Part shown: one piece after another, positions 60,937-64,000 of the stretch
Position numbering within the stretch: position 1 is the first letter of the stretch
Layout of the letters: each line of letters starts with the position of its first letter
Virus record (IMG/VR): IMGVR_UViG_3300025435_001056
Coordinates: 64,001-128,000 of that record
Source of the DNA: a virus
Direction: 5' to 3' (one strand)
DNA length: 64,000 nucleotides
Position numbers and translations under genes: made by a program
Notes under the pieces: generated by a model
Seen by the model: only the letters and a program-made list of their open reading frames with translations
The model's database searches: none
What the model was told of the DNA's origin: nothing

Positions 60937-63399
60937 ATGTCTCGACCAGTTTGGATCACTCCTCCTGGCAGTTTAGGAACCATACCCGAGGGTGTTTTTT
61001 ATTCGGTTCCTTTGGCTGCCGCAGCTGACACCACGGTATACTATCAACTGATTGCTGGAAATTTGCCTGCAGGTATGTTCATTGACGAAACCGGTGTATT
61101 GTCTGGTAATCCTATGGCCAAGAGCACGGCTGCTGGTGTTCCGTTGCCGGTGGTTGCTGATACTACCAGCCGATTTGCTGTTAGAGCTTATACCAACACT
61201 CGACAATTAGCTGACCGTACTTTTACCATTACGGTTACAGGACAAAACACAGTAAACTGGGTTACACCGCCCGGCAATATTGGTAACTATTATGATGGCA
61301 ATCAAATCACCGCGTTGGCTGTTGATTATCAAGACACTGACATTTATGCCAAGCCCGTGGTAACTCTGATCAGTGGTGCTTTACCACCTGGACTTGCTAT
61401 ATCCTCTACAGGCGTGATTTCAGGCTATATAGAACCGGCCATACCGCCAGGGGCTACTCCAGGTTTTAGCTATGCCGGAACACAGGGCTATGATGTGTAT
61501 GCTTTTGATTTTACTACAAGCAGTGTCACTACCAATTATGAATTTACTTTAAAAGTTACCAACGGCCAGTCCACAGATACCCGTACTTTCAGTATCTTGG
61601 TGTATGCTCTGGAGACCATGACTGCAGACACTACAAAGATAACTGCCGACAACACATTTATCACAGCTGATGTATCACCACCAATTCCGCCTATTATTAC
61701 CACACCTATTGGCACAATTGGCTCTACACGCAGCGACAATTTCTTTGCATTTCAGTTTACAGGCATAGATTTCAACTACAATCAGTTTCAATTTGTAGCC
61801 AATACAACATTGCCACCGGGCTTGACTCTGGATCCAAATTCAGGATGGCTGTATGGTTATATACCAGCTGGCGGCATTGTCTCGACGGTGTACCCTTTTA
61901 GTCTGTATGCACAAGAAGTCAACAATAGATCAGTAGTTAGCCCTGTTTACAACTACAGCTTGACTATTACCAGCCCAGTTGGGTCAGATGTAACTTGGCT
62001 TACACCCAGTTACCTAGGATCTATCTTTAATGGATCAACCAGCACTTTTTATGTGTCTGCAATTAGCTCAGGTGGACAAAGTCTCAGCTATCAGTTGTTA
62101 TCAGGCAGCGACAGCAGATTGCCGCAGGGACTAGAACTGTTGCCCAATGGGTTGATTGCAGGTCGAGTCAGCTTTGACACTTTTGCTGTGGACGGTGGCG
62201 CCACCACATTTGATTCCACAACCAATGCCGATACTACCGTGGTTCCCAAACCCACTACGTTTGATCTAGTATGCTCATTCACAGTGCAGGCCACCAGTGT
62301 CAACGGTGTGGTCAATGCTACCCAGGTATTTTCAATACGGGTGATCCGTAAATACAACCAACCCTACGACAATCTCTACGTGCAGGCCATGCCGCCTGAA
62401 TCAGACCGTGCTCTAGTAACCAGCCTGTTGCAGGACACACAAATATTCCCATCTAATTTGATTTATCGATTCAACGATCCTAATTTTGGAGTGGCCAATC
62501 GCGTGATCTATCGTCATGCCTACGGACTCACAGCGGCTACGTTGGATACCTATGTAGCTAGTTTAAATCTCAATCACTACTGGAAAAATTTGACCTTGGG
62601 CGAAATCAAAACAGCCAGAGCAGTCGATCCGGTTACTGGTGCGGTCATATATGAAGTAGTTTATAGTGAAGTTATAGATGACCTAGTCAATAATGAAGGC
62701 CAAAGTGTCGGTAAGTCGGTGAATTTGCCATATGTAGTTGAGGGTGACGTGCAAACGGTATATCCTAATGCCTTGACTGACATGCGTACACAGGTAATCG
62801 ATGTGGTTGGCCAGGAAAGCAATATTTTACCCTTGTGGATGTTAAGTAAACAGTCAGACGGATCGGTCCTGGGATTCACACCGGCCTGGGTCATAGCTTA
62901 TACCAATCCAGGACAAAGCGGACAAATTGCCTACAACATAAGAACACATTTCGGCCAACAGTTGAATCTGATTGACTTTGAAGTGGATCGTTACGAATTA
63001 GATGGCCTGTTGACTCGTAATTGGAACAGAGAATTGCAACAATGGACACCAACACCTCCTCAGTTGACCACTTTTGATCTGAATCATCGTTTAGGAACCT
63101 GGGTGAACAATTATAGCGAAATAGTATCTTGGACCAATAATACCGGAGGTTTAGTCTATTGGACTTATGGATTCCCGTCTGGTACTACTTTTGACGGCGG
63201 TAGCATGCAGTTTGAGGCACCGGTAGACATGTACTCAAATACCACCGCCTATGATTCGTATCTGCTGTTCCCGCGCCGTAATATCCTGCAACGTGTGCCA
63301 CAGATAAATCCTTTGTTGTTTGTCAACAGTTCTGGTTCTGCAATTGAATGGCACAGTACTGACGATCGCCCCTTAGTTTTTACCGGTACCAACGCATAA
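60937..63399 (+). CDS. Baseplate wedge-like protein with Ig-like repeats
   Basis: Repeated W.TP...LG, G.LP.G(L/M)....G.(I/L).G units; LP.WM...Q..G..LGF..A. Confidence 0.7.
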   Translation: MSRPVWITPPGSLGTIPEGVFYSVPLAAAADTTVYYQLIAGNLPAGMFIDETGVLSGNPMAKSTAAGVPLPVVADTTSRFAVRAYTNTRQLADRTFTITVTGQNTVNWVTPPGNIGNYYDGNQITALAVDYQDTDIYAKPVVTLISGALPPGLAISSTGVISGYIEPAIPPGATPGFSYAGTQGYDVYAFDFTTSSVTTNYEFTLKVTNGQSTDTRTFSILVYALETMTADTTKITADNTFITADVSPPIPPIITTPIGTIGSTRSDNFFAFQFTGIDFNYNQFQFVANTTLPPGLTLDPNSGWLYGYIPAGGIVSTVYPFSLYAQEVNNRSVVSPVYNYSLTITSPVGSDVTWLTPSYLGSIFNGSTSTFYVSAISSGGQSLSYQLLSGSDSRLPQGLELLPNGLIAGRVSFDTFAVDGGATTFDSTTNADTTVVPKPTTFDLVCSFTVQATSVNGVVNATQVFSIRVIRKYNQPYDNLYVQAMPPESDRALVTSLLQDTQIFPSNLIYRFNDPNFGVANRVIYRHAYGLTAATLDTYVASLNLNHYWKNLTLGEIKTARAVDPVTGAVIYEVVYSEVIDDLVNNEGQSVGKSVNLPYVVEGDVQTVYPNALTDMRTQVIDVVGQESNILPLWMLSKQSDGSVLGFTPAWVIAYTNPGQSGQIAYNIRTHFGQQLNLIDFEVDRYELDGLLTRNWNRELQQWTPTPPQLTTFDLNHRLGTWVNNYSEIVSWTNNTGGLVYWTYGFPSGTTFDGGSMQFEAPVDMYSNTTAYDSYLLFPRRNILQRVPQINPLLFVNSSGSAIEWHSTDDRPLVFTGTNA

Positions 63400-63428
63400 A
63401 TATTGCATAAACTACCAACAGGACCCAA

Positions 63429-64000
63429 ATGACCGTTCCATACACTTTTGCTAACCAATCAGGCCCAGTGGCAGCAGCCGAACTTGATGCTAATTTTGCC
63501 GCTGTAAGCGGTGCCACTGGATCAACCGGTCCTACAGGCGCCACTGGTCCCAGTGGTGGTCCCACAGGTGCCACTGGTGCCACGGGTGCAGGAGCAACAG
63601 GTGCCACGGGCGTTGCAGGTGCAGATGGTGCAACAGGCGCAACAGGCGTTACAGGATCAACAGGTCCACAAGGCGATCCTGGGGGTGCCACTGGTGCCAC
63701 AGGTGTTGTTGGATCAACCGGCGCTACAGGTGCAGGAGCAACAGGTGCCACTGGAGTTGGAGCCACTGGAACAGCAGGTGCAAATGGGGCGACAGGTGCT
63801 ACTGGAACATTTAGCGGCACATTGACTTCCAACATTGCTGGTGCCGGTTACAGTATTAGTAACATTGGCACACTAACAGTTGGTAGTATTGTCAACAACA
63901 ATGCCAACGGTGTGGGCAATATTGGCTCAAGCACAACATATTTCAAAACTGTATTTGCCCTGGCTACCTCGGCACAGTATGCGGACTTGGCAGAAAACTA
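63429..64000 (+). CDS. Collagen-like fibre protein, truncated by window end
   Basis: TAAATA 63397, AGGA RBS; [12 protein letters not shown]...LDANF, GATG repeats, AQYADLAEN. Confidence 0.8.
   Translation, partial: MTVPYTFANQSGPVAAAELDANFAAVSGATGSTGPTGATGPSGGPTGATGATGAGATGATGVAGADGATGATGVTGSTGPQGDPGGATGATGVVGSTGATGAGATGATGVGATGTAGANGATGATGTFSGTLTSNIAGAGYSISNIGTLTVGSIVNNNANGVGNIGSSTTYFKTVFALATSAQYADLAEN

Noticed and set aside
1-64000. Stop-codon reassignment
   Set aside because: Conserved genes are full length in the standard code and end in TAA, TAG or TGA

Overview
This window is part of a large T4-like (probably jumbo) myovirus genome read with the standard genetic code. The host is plausibly a freshwater betaproteobacterium; this is inferred from the phasin-like, DUF3563-like, AhpD and ErpA genes. 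It contains: (1) auxiliary metabolic and stress genes (amidinotransferase, metK, uvsE, desaturase, phasin-like protein, two ClpP paralogues, ahpC/ahpD, RimK-like ligase, IF-1, SOD, ErpA, radical SAM, three 2OG-Fe(II)-like oxygenases); (2) a ~20 kb minus-strand block of Thr-rich collagen-like and LamG fibre genes followed by pirin, two glycosyltransferases and a pyruvyltransferase; (3) runs of small early genes behind a repeated terminator plus sigma70-promoter element; (4) three free-standing homing endonucleases; (5) baseplate and fibre genes at the right end. The most notable unexplained features are a ~260 nt, densely base-paired, pseudoknotted non-coding region upstream of a SleB-type cell-wall hydrolase, a DGQH/ParB-like + HNH-like + ABC-ATPase-GNAT three-gene operon, host-regulator-like operators (OxyR, PhaR) on phage metabolic genes, widespread apparently leaderless genes, and an IF-1 that appears to start at ATA. 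No tRNA, rRNA, CRISPR array or reverse transcriptase was recognised. All calls come from reading motifs by eye, without database searches.
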